A stretch of DNA of 63,862 bases, the filler included, from Folioceros fuciformis (taxonomy: Eukaryota), in NCBI GenBank assembly GCA_049999805.1. It is 5 parts of 4 records of this genome, joined end to end, with 100 filler letters (N's around TTAATTAATTAA, not from the genome) between each part and the next. Parts side by side here need not be neighbours in the genome. Positions count along the whole stretch, not along the records: positions 45,043 to 61,120 come from JBNGIO010005393.1; positions 61,221 to 63,862 come from JBNGIO010005429.1; 3 more parts are not named here. The stretch is one strand, 5' to 3'. The notes under the pieces are model-generated. The model was not told the origin of the DNA. It did not search any database and saw nothing but the letters and a program-made list of their open reading frames with translations. Below, piece by piece: positions 50,439 to 61,265 of this stretch. A program made the translations under genes and the position numbers. Position 1 is the first letter of the stretch. The number at the start of each line of letters is the position of its first letter.

Positions 50439-50773
50439 CCACAAGAGCATGAGATGACAATCTGCCTCCTTTAAGCTCACTCTATCTTATAGGATCCTCT
50501 CTCTCTTACCTCACCTCTCTCTAATTCGACCATTATTATTTTAATAAGACAACTAGTCTAGCCGACTGTCACCAACCACTTATTTAGACTTTCCTAGCAC
50601 GTCCTGCCACAAGAGCAGAACATGACAATCTGCCTCCTTCAAGCTCACTCTATCTTACAAGATCCTCTCTCTCTTACCCCATCTCTCTCTAATTCGACCA
50701 TTATTATTTTAATAAGACAACTAGCCTAGCCGACTATCACCAACCACTTATTTAGACTTTCCTAACACGTCCT
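50439..50773. repeat. ~168-bp direct tandem duplication
   Basis: CCACAAGAGCA..ATGACAATCTGCCTCC...TTAGACTTTCCTA.CACGTCCT occurs twice. Confidence 0.88.
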
Positions 50774-51157
50774 ATCATCAATATTGTTCACATTCTTCAA
50801 CGCTTGCACACAAACATGATCCTCAAAAGCACACACATTCATTGCATAGTGATTGATACAGAAACGCTCATAAAGCATGCAACCGCCATAACCCCTAAAA
50901 CAACCAAACAAACTATGTAACCTAACTAAGTAATAATGTTGGTAATGTATAGTATTTAAATGACATTAAATACTTTAATACTCCCACTCATTACTAACAT
51001 TTACTTTGCACAATATATGTAACTCAACCCTTGCTTAACCAAGGGTTGTCTGAACAGTGAAACCCTAACTTCCATTACGACTTTCTTTGTGAAACCTTGT
51101 GTCGTGCTTAGTCTCTGTGGCTGAGCCAAGGCCAACCGCCACCAGCTAAGCTGAACC

Positions 51158-52090
51158 TTGCCGTGTGCTCCAATCTACTCCAGCACGTCTTTGCGTGACA
51201 ATCCTGTGATCCTGGACGAAGATGAAGTCAGGGAAGACCTGATCCATGTGTGCAACGCCATAAGACCCAAGCGCTTCAGTCGTATCTGCTCCACAACTGC
51301 AAACAATCCGTCTTCTTCAGCTGCTCCAAATCTTGCAGGTGCTTCTGTTTCATAGTCTCCCACTATTGCTGCTGTTGTGGCAACTAATCAGCCTTCCACG
51401 CTCATCTGCAACTGTTACATTCGTGGTGGAGAGAGCTGATGAAGAAGCTGGAGAACGAGCTGCTAAAGCTCAGAAGACCTCAGATTCTCAGAGTCCTCTT
51501 CACCAGGAGAATCAGGCCACCACACCTGCAGCCTCAAACATTGAAGGACCAAGAGTGGAACCTGCTCACCTAATGCGAAGGGAGCTTATACCTTTCTCAA
51601 CGGAGAACTAACTGTTTTCTTCCCTTCTGATTACAGGCCTAGACACTTCAACCTGCCTAAGGGGAGCCACGCTAAGAGTGTACAGATTTTCTCAAATAGT
51701 GACGGTATGAATGACCCTCTAATCTCATATGTGTTTGTGTGTTCAATGACCACGATTCATGATACTTGGCACAGATGGGGAGGAAAGAAGGGTAATTTAG
51801 TTTCATTCTACAGTGAGCAACCAGACTCTAATCTATCTTTCACTATTTATGTGGTTTGAGTTGTTGCTAGTGCTGACTTTATTACTAACACTCTCACTTG
51901 AATGTGCAGGATCCAGCGATATTATGTGTGACGAAGGTGGTGTGTTATACAACTTTGAAGAGGACAGTTAAGTTTCTGAACCCGACAATGACAGAAGGTT
52001 CCTTGCTTGCCTGAGAGGGGATAAGGATGAGAGGACCAAGTTCTTTAGCCAACTCAACAGCTCTAGTGATTCTGAGAGCTCTAGTTGCTA
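51158..52090 (+). pseudogene. Decayed multi-exon gene of unknown product, convergent with the methyltransferase gene
   Basis: Protein-like frames (DNPVILDEDEVREDLIHVCNAIRPKRF) and several GT..AG intron-like segments (acceptors TTACAG ~51636, GTGCAG ~51909). Confidence 0.35.
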
Positions 52091-52579
52091 GACATCTTCA
52101 AACTTTGCTATCACTACACAGCTAATCTTTCTGAGCAGACAATTTGGGGGACTCATGTACCCCAAGAGACTCCTTAAGCTGATAGTGTTTAACTTTTAGA
52201 AGTGCCTTTGTTAATATGTCTGTTGTGTTCATATTAGTCGGTATATACTCCAGTTTGATTTGCCCAGTTACTGGGCAAATCTAAACGGGCGGATTCCACA
52301 AAGCCCGTTTTACACATTTCACATTTGTCATGATCCGTGCTTCTTATCTACTTTTGATCTAACTTGACAAACAATCACGCCACCGGCATGTATCCGAATA
52401 TTTTTGTTGCTGCAACGGTCAATAAAACCAAAATTACTAAAAAAAATAGTTTGAGTCTTCTATGCGAAACTTGATATTCGCAACCCTAAACATATGGTGC
52501 GCCGGTCAACCGGCGCACACCTTTTTCAAAGTACTTCAAGTTAAGATTATACCAATTTCAAATTAAGTCAAGTGTATTC

Positions 52580-55500
52580 TCAAACGAAAATAGGGTTGTC
52601 CTGGTTGGCTTCGGAGTCCACAACTACATCTAAATCATTCAAGCGTTGTACATCTGTATCGCCGAAGTCATTGGCACACACTCGAAGTACCGAGAAGTTG
52701 GAGTCCTCTGTAGTTTGAGGCGGCAGGGTGCAATTCTCATCCCAGACAGTGATGGTGTAAAGATCTTCCGCAGGCCTATTATCAATCTGGTGTATGACCT
52801 CTCCTTTCTTACCCAACATACTGAACACCATCAGTTTGCGCTCCACGCTCCCATCACTGCACACTTCCTTCACCCAAAACTTTGATGGGCCTCGCGTAAA
52901 CGACTCTATAGTAATCTCCTCATTTGCGTCAGGCAAAGACCCTAGCCCGATAATCCGCTGCATGATATATGATGTGCACCTGACATCCACATTGATTGCA
53001 ACCGCATGCCTTCCCTGCTGAATTGCACTTTGGAGAAGAGATCCAGAGCCTACGCATGCATCAACCACCCAGTCCCCCTCACACGAAAACATTTTAATCA
53101 GCATACGCATCAACCCTAATGGTTTTTGGTAAGGGGAGACGACATGTGCATCTGCTTAATGAAAGAGGTGCTTCTTCACCACTGCTCCATGCCTTATAAC
53201 CCTTGGGAGTAGAAATCCATGATTCGCAAATAGTGCAGCCTTCAATTCCTGAGCCTATGTTTGAACTACACTCCCAACAGTGACATACTCAACTATTTCC
53301 ATTGCTCCTGCGTTTGCAGGTATGTTCGTCTTCTCCCATACCAGTGTCTGGATGCTGCCCTTCTTGCACCATGGCCGCAGTGCCTCCCTTGCTTCCGAAA
53401 TCATGTCTACTCCATGCATTAGAATAACCCTAAAAATATTGCTCGAGGTGCATTCACTGAACGCTCGGAGCATTTCATCCAAATCTTCCACCTTCTTCTG
53501 CCTATCATACTCATGACGTTGTAAGCCCCGAGGCAGGTCTGCAAATAGTAGAGTGTAGGGTCGTTTGACAAGAAATGCCTTCATTTCCAGTACATTCCTT
53601 TGAAAAACCTGGTATTTTACCTTTGAGTTACTCGCCAAAACCCGAAAATCCAACAGCCTCGCGTCCATATCCGCTGCCGCTAACTTCTGTTTCTCCTCTT
53701 CCACCCTTTTCCAGTTTTTTGCTGAATAAATGAAATCCTGAATAGGCTTCGGGAGGGACTCCAAGTTCGCTATCTCTGAGGGTTTCTACGACCAAAATGG
53801 TAAACGTTAGTCTGGCTATCGATATAGCTACTTTAGCATGAACATACATGAGTGCGCCGATCGACACGCGCACTTGAGACCGCTGGAGCTCCAGAGTGCC
53901 GGTAGACCAGTGCACTCTTGCCTACAGCTGCCCTAGTGTGCCGGTAGATCGGCGCACTCCTGCTTAAGGAACCGGATCAGTAACACGAGAAATGAACCGA
54001 AACACTTACCACTTTGGCGAAGGCAGTCTGGAATTTTAAGAGATGCCCATCTTCTGTGTGCTTCGGGTACATCGCTTCAGCCTCCTCAAATGGTTCACAC
54101 TTCATTACCAGTCGGAAGGCATGTTGGATTAAGTGTATCTTCTTCTTCTTCCCCACTTCAGTGTCCATGTCCCGCAGTTGAAGCTTCCCCTGGATGACCT
54201 TCTGTGTCATTGCTATCAACATCTTCTCTCCCTTGACACGCGTTGGGACGCCTTGAAAGGCTCTCCATGGCCTGCCTTGCATAGCTCCTAGCACCCTGCT
54301 GCTGTCTTCGGTAACCTGGGTAAAAGAACTTTGCAAGGCAGAATCTCTTGTCTTCCTTTTTGCCTTGGCCCTCTTTGTTGTCCCGGCTGTTACCATGCTC
54401 TTCTGCTCTAGGAGCTCACCCTGTTCCCACATTCTGAAGATCCTATCCACATTGTCCCACAAAACACCTGTGCATCTGGCTACCCGATATGGCAAGGTCT
54501 GCCTGACCACCATCTTCTACACCCAGTCTAAGTCGTGGGGATCTCCACCTTCGTCAGTCATCCCCGGCAACCTGTACAGGTTGAACTTCCACTTGACTGG
54601 TGGCTTCTCTTCTCTTGAATGATTCCCGAGGAAAATGCTGCACCTGCTGCACTGCTCCCCCTTTCCGTCTCTTCTGATTCGCTGCCTGCCCTCTTGTTGC
54701 AGTGCCTGCTGCTTTTCGCCGTTTCGGCTGTGGAGATGAGGCTGTGGAGAAATACAGGAGGAGGAACATTGGGGTCAGCGGTCAGTGTTTTAGCAACAGA
54801 ATCCTCCTAGGAAGCCACAAACAAATCCAAGGCAAAATACTCAACTTGCACACAACGGCCTCACCAGATGTCATTTTCCACTATTTTGCAAGAGACGTTG
54901 ATGCTTTCCTCTTCCACTGCCTTGGTGTGCTGGTACACCGGCGCCCCTTGGTCACCCTCTTCCGCGGTGGAGTGATCTCCACAGGAGACTCCTTAGATGC
55001 ATCACCCTCGCAGGAATTGCGGGGCGTCTCCAGAGCATCATTCAAACTGTCTTCAGCTGAGGAGTATTGAGCCATCTCCTCGGCTTCCTCCTCTTCGCTG
55101 TGTTCTTGAACGTAGGGTGCCTCTTCTTCCGAAATCTCAGGTTGCATACGAAACATGTCTTGATTGTCTTTCACGAATCCTACTGCACGAGTGTTGACGA
55201 CTCCGAATTCTGCTTGCACCGTCTTCCGCTGTCGCTCCCCTGCAAACCACGCCACAAGAGCCCTAAACTTCAGCACCGCATCCCCTACACACCGCAAAAC
55301 TGTTCGACAAAACTGCTCTCCACCCTAATTAGCGAAAAACAAACACAAAAGTTAGGGTTTACGATAATTCTCAGTAATGACATTTTAACCTTTTAAGTTG
55401 ATAAGACCACTTACGTCCTTCAATAACAGACAATCTCTTAGCCGTTTTTCATCCATAGCGGTTCGCATCGGTGAGGTATGGCTTTCGCAACATTCACAAC

Positions 55501-56127
55501 CACTAAACTGTGACTGTCGTAGTCATCCGTAATGTGGCTTGGTGGGTGACAGGTGAGGATGAGATTCAAGTGAGTTTCGTCGTCTTCACTGTCCACATAC
55601 ACACAAAGAATCCATCCTACTCTTCCTGCTTCGTCCTCCACCAAACCTTGAAACTCATTCACCCACAGAGCAACAAGAGGAATCCACGACAAGTTCAAGT
55701 CATCAAGCTCATCTTCAGCTATCAAAAACCATTCCCTATCAGTGTTGAATCTTTTGGCCAGAGTGTCTTCTAACTTCTTCAGTCTCAATCCCTCTACAAA
55801 GTTGTAGGCATTCGGAATGTTGTAATTCTGACTGCCACCGTGATTCACAGTCAACGGAATGTGGTTCAGAGGTCCTTCACTTGCTTTTGAATTGGACGCT
55901 CTCACGCTTCCACCTAAGTTATCCTTCCTTCCTCCGGCGGTCTGGGCAATGGGAGTAGCCTCTTCGCCAGAGGGTGGTGCAGGTCGGTGTCCATCTCTGT
56001 CGGTGTTGTGACCAGACGACGCTTGCGTAGTTGCTTTCCCGACAAACCTTTGCTTTCATACTCGTGGAAGCGCCTTAACGACCCTGTTCACAAGTTGAAG
56101 TTTGTTGCTACGACGACCATATGCCAT
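52580..56127 (-). pseudogene. Large intron-containing gene ending in a beta-class N4-cytosine/N6-adenine DNA methyltransferase domain
   Basis: The last exon 53785-52580 is one frame with two premature stops. It contains motif-IV-like LLFADLPRG (DLPRG at 53525-53539), LVWEKTN, SPYQKPLGLMRMLIKMFSCEGDWVVDACVGSGS (motifs X/I) and GRHAVAINVD. An in-frame phase-0 intron lies at 53786-54009, with another intron at ~55300-55414. Linkage of the 5' exons is less certain. Confidence 0.82.
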
Positions 56128-56176
56128 TGGTGTCCACCCAACAAGGGAAGAGTCGCACAGCACGTAGTCTTTTCTC

Positions 56177-58966
56177 ATGACGGAAGTAGTTGGAGAAGAG
56201 GTGCCCATGCACCGGATTTGTACAAGAAAGAATTCGAAAACGAACTGTTTAGTTGAAACCGAATATCCACTATTACCGACCGCCAATGCATCGCCGGCGT
56301 TGGAGTCGACCTTTAATCGGAAGCTGGCTTCAGAGTCAATGATTGAAACACCCTTAGATCATCGACGATGTCGGCGGAAGAGACCTTCAACAATACCAGA
56401 GGCTAAGTGTTCAGAGCTTCGCATTTCCCTTAATTATAGAAAGATATGCTGTGCGAGACAATGTCTGAGATTGCTTGGCAAACCAGGATTCAGAGAGTTG
56501 CGATATCGTTTTTTGAAGATGAGTAGGACACAACAAGAAACCTTTTTGCAGGCACATTTTGATGTCGAATAGACTGAGAGCGCATGTCCAATCGCGAAGC
56601 CATTCTTACTTGGGTTGGGGAAAATAAGGTGTTGTCAAGACGCTTTCAGAAGAGTGTATTATATTGGTTCAAATAGCTATGAGGGAGCGAAAGAACGTGC
56701 TTGTGGGAACATTGTTTGGTCCAGAGCTATCCGCTCACCGCCTTAGGCTCCAGGGTATGCCGCTGCTGCGTGCATATGGATGGATCAATTGTTTCTCCTA
56801 ATTGCAGAGCGTATGCCAAATGTTGAACTGTACCATTTGCCCGACTCTTACACAAAGGAGGAAATTTTCATGGACTACTAGGGGCAAATGAGCAGAGCAG
56901 GACAATACAACATTTTGTACTCTTACTTATGTCAGCTATGGGCCTTGCACTTCCCGAAAGTGTGCATTCCAAAAATGAACAGATTTTCCTTGTGTACTAC
57001 GTGCGATTATTTGAAGAGAAACATTCGCTCTGAAACAAATAAACAAAAACAAGGTACGAATTTGTTCTTAGGGTTATGTTTTTTAATTCCATGCTGTTTC
57101 TTGCATATGTTTCTAGTCTGGTGCTGGTTTGGGTGACACATGGAGTGCGCCGGTCCCGGCGGGTCTGGACCAGTGCGCTGGTCTACCGGCACACTTGTCC
57201 AGATGCATGAGAAAAGTGCGCCAGTACACCGGCGCACACCCGCAGACCAAAGGTAGTGAACGCCGACTGTTGTTCCCGTTCCTGGCAAAGGGTTTTGAAA
57301 GCGACTTAAAAGTACATCGACAGGGACTGAAGGCAGAGAGGGAGAAGAGTGTCAAGCATCGTGTAAAATGCTATAGCGATCCGGCTCAATATCTCGGGTT
57401 ATCTATAGATGGTATGGATCAGCAAAAAACTTAGATTCCTCATTTTGTGCGGCTTCCAAAAGACTTGGCGGACGTTGACCTTATTGACGTCCATGTCGTG
57501 GGCTGCATGGTGTACAATAGCACAATGTCACTTGAGCTCTTCATAGAGTATGGAAATATACGGAACGACGCAAACTTAACGATTTCTACTATTCAGAGTG
57601 TGATTCACGCGTGCGTTAGACTTCTTCTAGGCGATATGTACTTGCAGCTGGACTACACAGCAAGAGAGAACAAAAATGCTTTGCTGTTTTTATATCTAAA
57701 TATGTTAGTTAGTGAAGAAAGGAATCTTCAAGAAGGTAAAGGTGGGGTTTTTACTGGTGGGCCACACGCACGACTAGGTGGACCATATGTTCTCTTGGTT
57801 TTTTACGGCTCTGGGAAGGAAAGAAGCACTGACTTTACCTGCACTTATCGCTGTTATGCAAAGTTCTTATACACCTACGCCAGAAGTGCATGAAGTGAAG
57901 GAGGTGCCAGACTTTCGGCGATTTGTGTGGCCTGTACCTTACGGAAAAGCCGATTATCAGCTGTTCACCTACTGCACAATATTTCGTTCCAACACCAGTT
58001 CAAGATCACAAGGGAGAGCCGAGGTGAACGGGGCTTTATAACAATGATGCGCGGGAACCAATATTGTACAGACGATTTTTAGTCACCAGATGAGGGTATC
58101 GAGTTTCTGAAGCATATTCTAGACACAGATATCAAACCTGCTCCATTTTTACATCTACAATCCAGGAGCAAAAAACAAAGGACAGTTTCGAACAATGTTG
58201 TTAAATATCATCTGGCACAAATCAGATCAAAATTGGAGATGCGATTACGACAACACTTAGGACCATTCAAGAACTTGTGGTGGGATGGGTTTTAGGCAGA
58301 GCAAGAGGTTATCGTGCATTCTATAAACTCCAATGTAGACAGAGAACTTGATTCTCCTTGGCGGTGGTATAATTGGGAGGCGGCAGAAATATTGAACACA
58401 CCCATTAGTGTACCAGACGAAATGGTTGTTCACAATCCACGCATCCGCGAGATTCCCAGAAGAAACATGTATGTGGGGCATACCGTAGGGAGACGGACCT
58501 CAATGACAACCGCGACAGTTTGAACGGGGATATAACTGAAATAGAAAAAGGGCATATGATTGCAGTCCCTTGCAAGACTGAGGAAGACAATAGGCCGTTT
58601 TGGATTGCCAAAGTCTTAGAGGCAGATATTACATGTGAGACACTATGTGTCAAAGTGGACTGGTGGGTTACCAAATGTTCAGATGCCTTTGAGGGTCGTT
58701 ACCAAGAAGAGATTATTTTACCACATGAAGCTCCGCCAAGAGGGTTACTTGGTGGTCGCAGACCCAAGTCAAGCAGAAGACTTCGGAAGCACATAGATAC
58801 ATTATTCATTGAAGACACATTTATTCTAGCATATGGATTTAACTTGACACGCCAAAAACAGCTACCCTCCCAAACGAGGACTCTCATTCGCAGAAACCTA
58901 TATGTCCTCAATCGTGACCAGGATACACTGCCGCCTGAAAATAATGAAAACTTGTCAGACATTTAG
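56177..58966 (+). pseudogene. DDE-type transposase (Sola/DUF7869-like), decayed, intron ~57054-57288
   Basis: CCARQCL, RFSLCTTC, LSIDGMDQQKT*IPHF, NDANLTISTI, YLQLDYTARENKN and FLLVGHTHD*VDHMFS motifs, with stops and frameshifts. Confidence 0.8.
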
Positions 58967-59527
58967 ATAAAAGTATTAAGGACAAACTGGTATGATAATT
59001 ATTGTATGTAGCGCCAGTCAAGTTTCGTTTTCGACTTGACATACATGTGCCATAAGCGGGAGTGCGCCGGTAGACCGGTGCACTCTTGCTTGTTCCGCGC
59101 CGAGTCAATGGTGTTATGTTTTGCCACCGTTTCTGAAAAATGCAAATAGATATCGATAGGTGATAATTTTGAGGAATAGGGTCACCTGATATGAGGTATC
59201 GCTCAAACACCTATGACTTTACATGGAATCCGATAACACGTGAATTACGTGATACCCGCCATATTACGAGGTTTTGTCATGTATTTGATTGCAATGACAC
59301 CCGCAAATTTGCTAGTACTTAGGAAACAATTCATGATTAAGTTTATACTCAACACTCTTTTAGGCCACATTTTAGGTTCTCCTGACAAGAACATTGGAAA
59401 ATGCGGATATCTATAAATGTTGCGGGGAGCAAGTTTGCTATGTTTCACTTGAACATTATTCAGAAAAGAATTAGAAAAAATGAATCATAAAAACGTTTGA
59501 GTAAAACTGTTTATATACTAAACCCCA

Positions 59528-61120
59528 TGTCGTTTCACATAACCCTAACTTAACTTAATGAATGTTGGCTTTAACTCCAACACTCCCTCTAAAGCAACAT
59601 TAGGTTATCAGACTAAGGGTTTAGGTGATGCGTGCCCGTTGCCATGGAACAGTTGTCAATAGGATCGACTCCAGTCTACGTGCAAGTGTAGGAGAGGAGA
59701 GGAGAGAAGAGAGGGTGGTATTGGTGATCAAAACCATGAAAACAATACACATCACCACTGTCTTACTATGGAGGTCCGAGGTCTCCATTTAAGTAGTACA
59801 TTTAGGGCTACACAACTTCCAGGTTCAATATGGGATAATCTACACTATCCTAAGTTCACTAATAACTAGAACTTGTCTAGTATGAACCCAACTGGGATAA
59901 CTAACACCACATGAGTTTAGCTCATATAAAGCTCGATAACTCAACACTCCCCCTCGAGCTCAACATAGCATCTGTACGCCTAACATAGCTCGGAATTTCT
60001 TCAGCTTCTCTGCTCCCATTGGCTTAGTAAATATATCGGCTATCTGCTCGTCTGTATTGACATACACAAGATCAATAGCTCCAGATAAAATCCTTTCGCG
60101 AAGAAAATGATAATGTATTTCAATGTGTTTTGTCCTGGCATGAAACACTGGGTTTCGCGCCAACTGTATGCTGCTAAGATTGTCACAGTAGATAACAACC
60201 TTGTCGTTGACCTGCAATCCAAAATCTCCGAGTAACTGACAAATCCAAGTCACTTCACACGCTGCCATTGCTGCGCCTCTGTATTCAGCTTCTGTACTAG
60301 ACAAAGCCACTGTAGGCTGCTTCTTGCTACTCCATGTAATTGCTGCACTCCCAAGTGAAAAAGTGAATCCACTTGTAGATCTACGATCAGTAACACTGCC
60401 TGCCCAATCTGCATCTGTGTACCCACACAGGTTTATTTCTAAATCTGCAACATAAAAGAGAGCATGATCCATAGTTGCCTTCACATAGCGCAACGTTCGC
60501 CTTACTGCATCCAAATGTGGCTTTCTTGGCGCCTGCATAAACTGACTTTGCAATCCCACTGTATAGTTCAAATCTGGTCGGGATAGAGTGAGATATATCA
60601 AGCTACCCACAATCTTCCTGTACATTGTTGGATCTTCAAGTGCTTCACCATCATGAGCACTGAGCTTTAGATTTTGATCCAAAGGAATCGAGATTGGCTT
60701 GCACTCAACCATACCATACTTAGTTAGTACATCCGACGCATACTTCCGCTGTGACAGCCAAATGCCTGTGTTGGTTCGTATAATTTCAATGCCCAAGAAG
60801 AACCTCAGTTCACCTAGGTCCGCCATCTTGAACTCTTGTTGTAGAAGTTCCTTGATCTGCTCCACTTGATCCAACTGATTACCTCCAATGATTAGATCAT
60901 CCACATAAATGGTCACAAAGACCAGTCGTTTTGTACTTTTGCACACATACAACGAATGATCCGCATCTGCCATGTTGAATCCGATGTGAATCAGATGCTG
61001 AGCAAGACGCTCATGCCAAGCCCTCGGGGCTTGCTTCAGTCCGTACAACGTTTTTTTCAGCTTGCACACATGATTTGGATGATCCAAATCCTCATAACCT
61101 GGTGGCTGGTCCATGTATAC
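59528..61120 (-). mobile_element. Ty1/Copia 3' half: uninterrupted RT-RNase H frame (61114-59960), PPT, 3' LTR (~59528-59946)
   Basis: LYGLKQAPRAW...IYVDDLII...YTDADWAG...SSTEAEY...ARTKHIEIHYHFLRE...ADIFTKP, then PPT GAGGGGGAG followed by TGTTGAG. The LTR outer end is approximate. Confidence 0.93.
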
Positions 61121-61265
61121 NNNNNNNNNNNNNNNNNNNNNNNNNNNNNNNNNNNNNNNNNNNNTTAATTAATTAANNNNNNNNNNNNNNNNNNNNNNNN
61201 NNNNNNNNNNNNNNNNNNNNTATGTTGCACTACCCAAAGGAGGACACTTATGTCCCCGTCCTCTA

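Larger units (their letters stand above)
52497..59083. mobile_element. Putative DNA transposon carrying a DDE transposase and an N4C/N6A DNA methyltransferase gene; true ends undefined
   Basis: Two divergent decayed genes with ATGs ~50 bp apart (56127 and 56177), bracketed by copies of the same 22-bp palindrome at 52497 and 59062. Confidence 0.7.
52497..59083. repeat. Dispersed 22-bp palindrome GTGCGCCGGTnnACCGGCGCAC
   Basis: Copies at 52497, 53852, 53894, 53936, 57145 (partial), 57173, 57216 and 59062. Confidence 0.9.

Noticed and set aside
50779-59460. AATATTGTTCA / TGAACATTATT as TIRs of the MTase element
   Set aside because: The match is only 10/11, AT-rich and has no TSD, so it is likely chance. 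The element's ends remain undefined.
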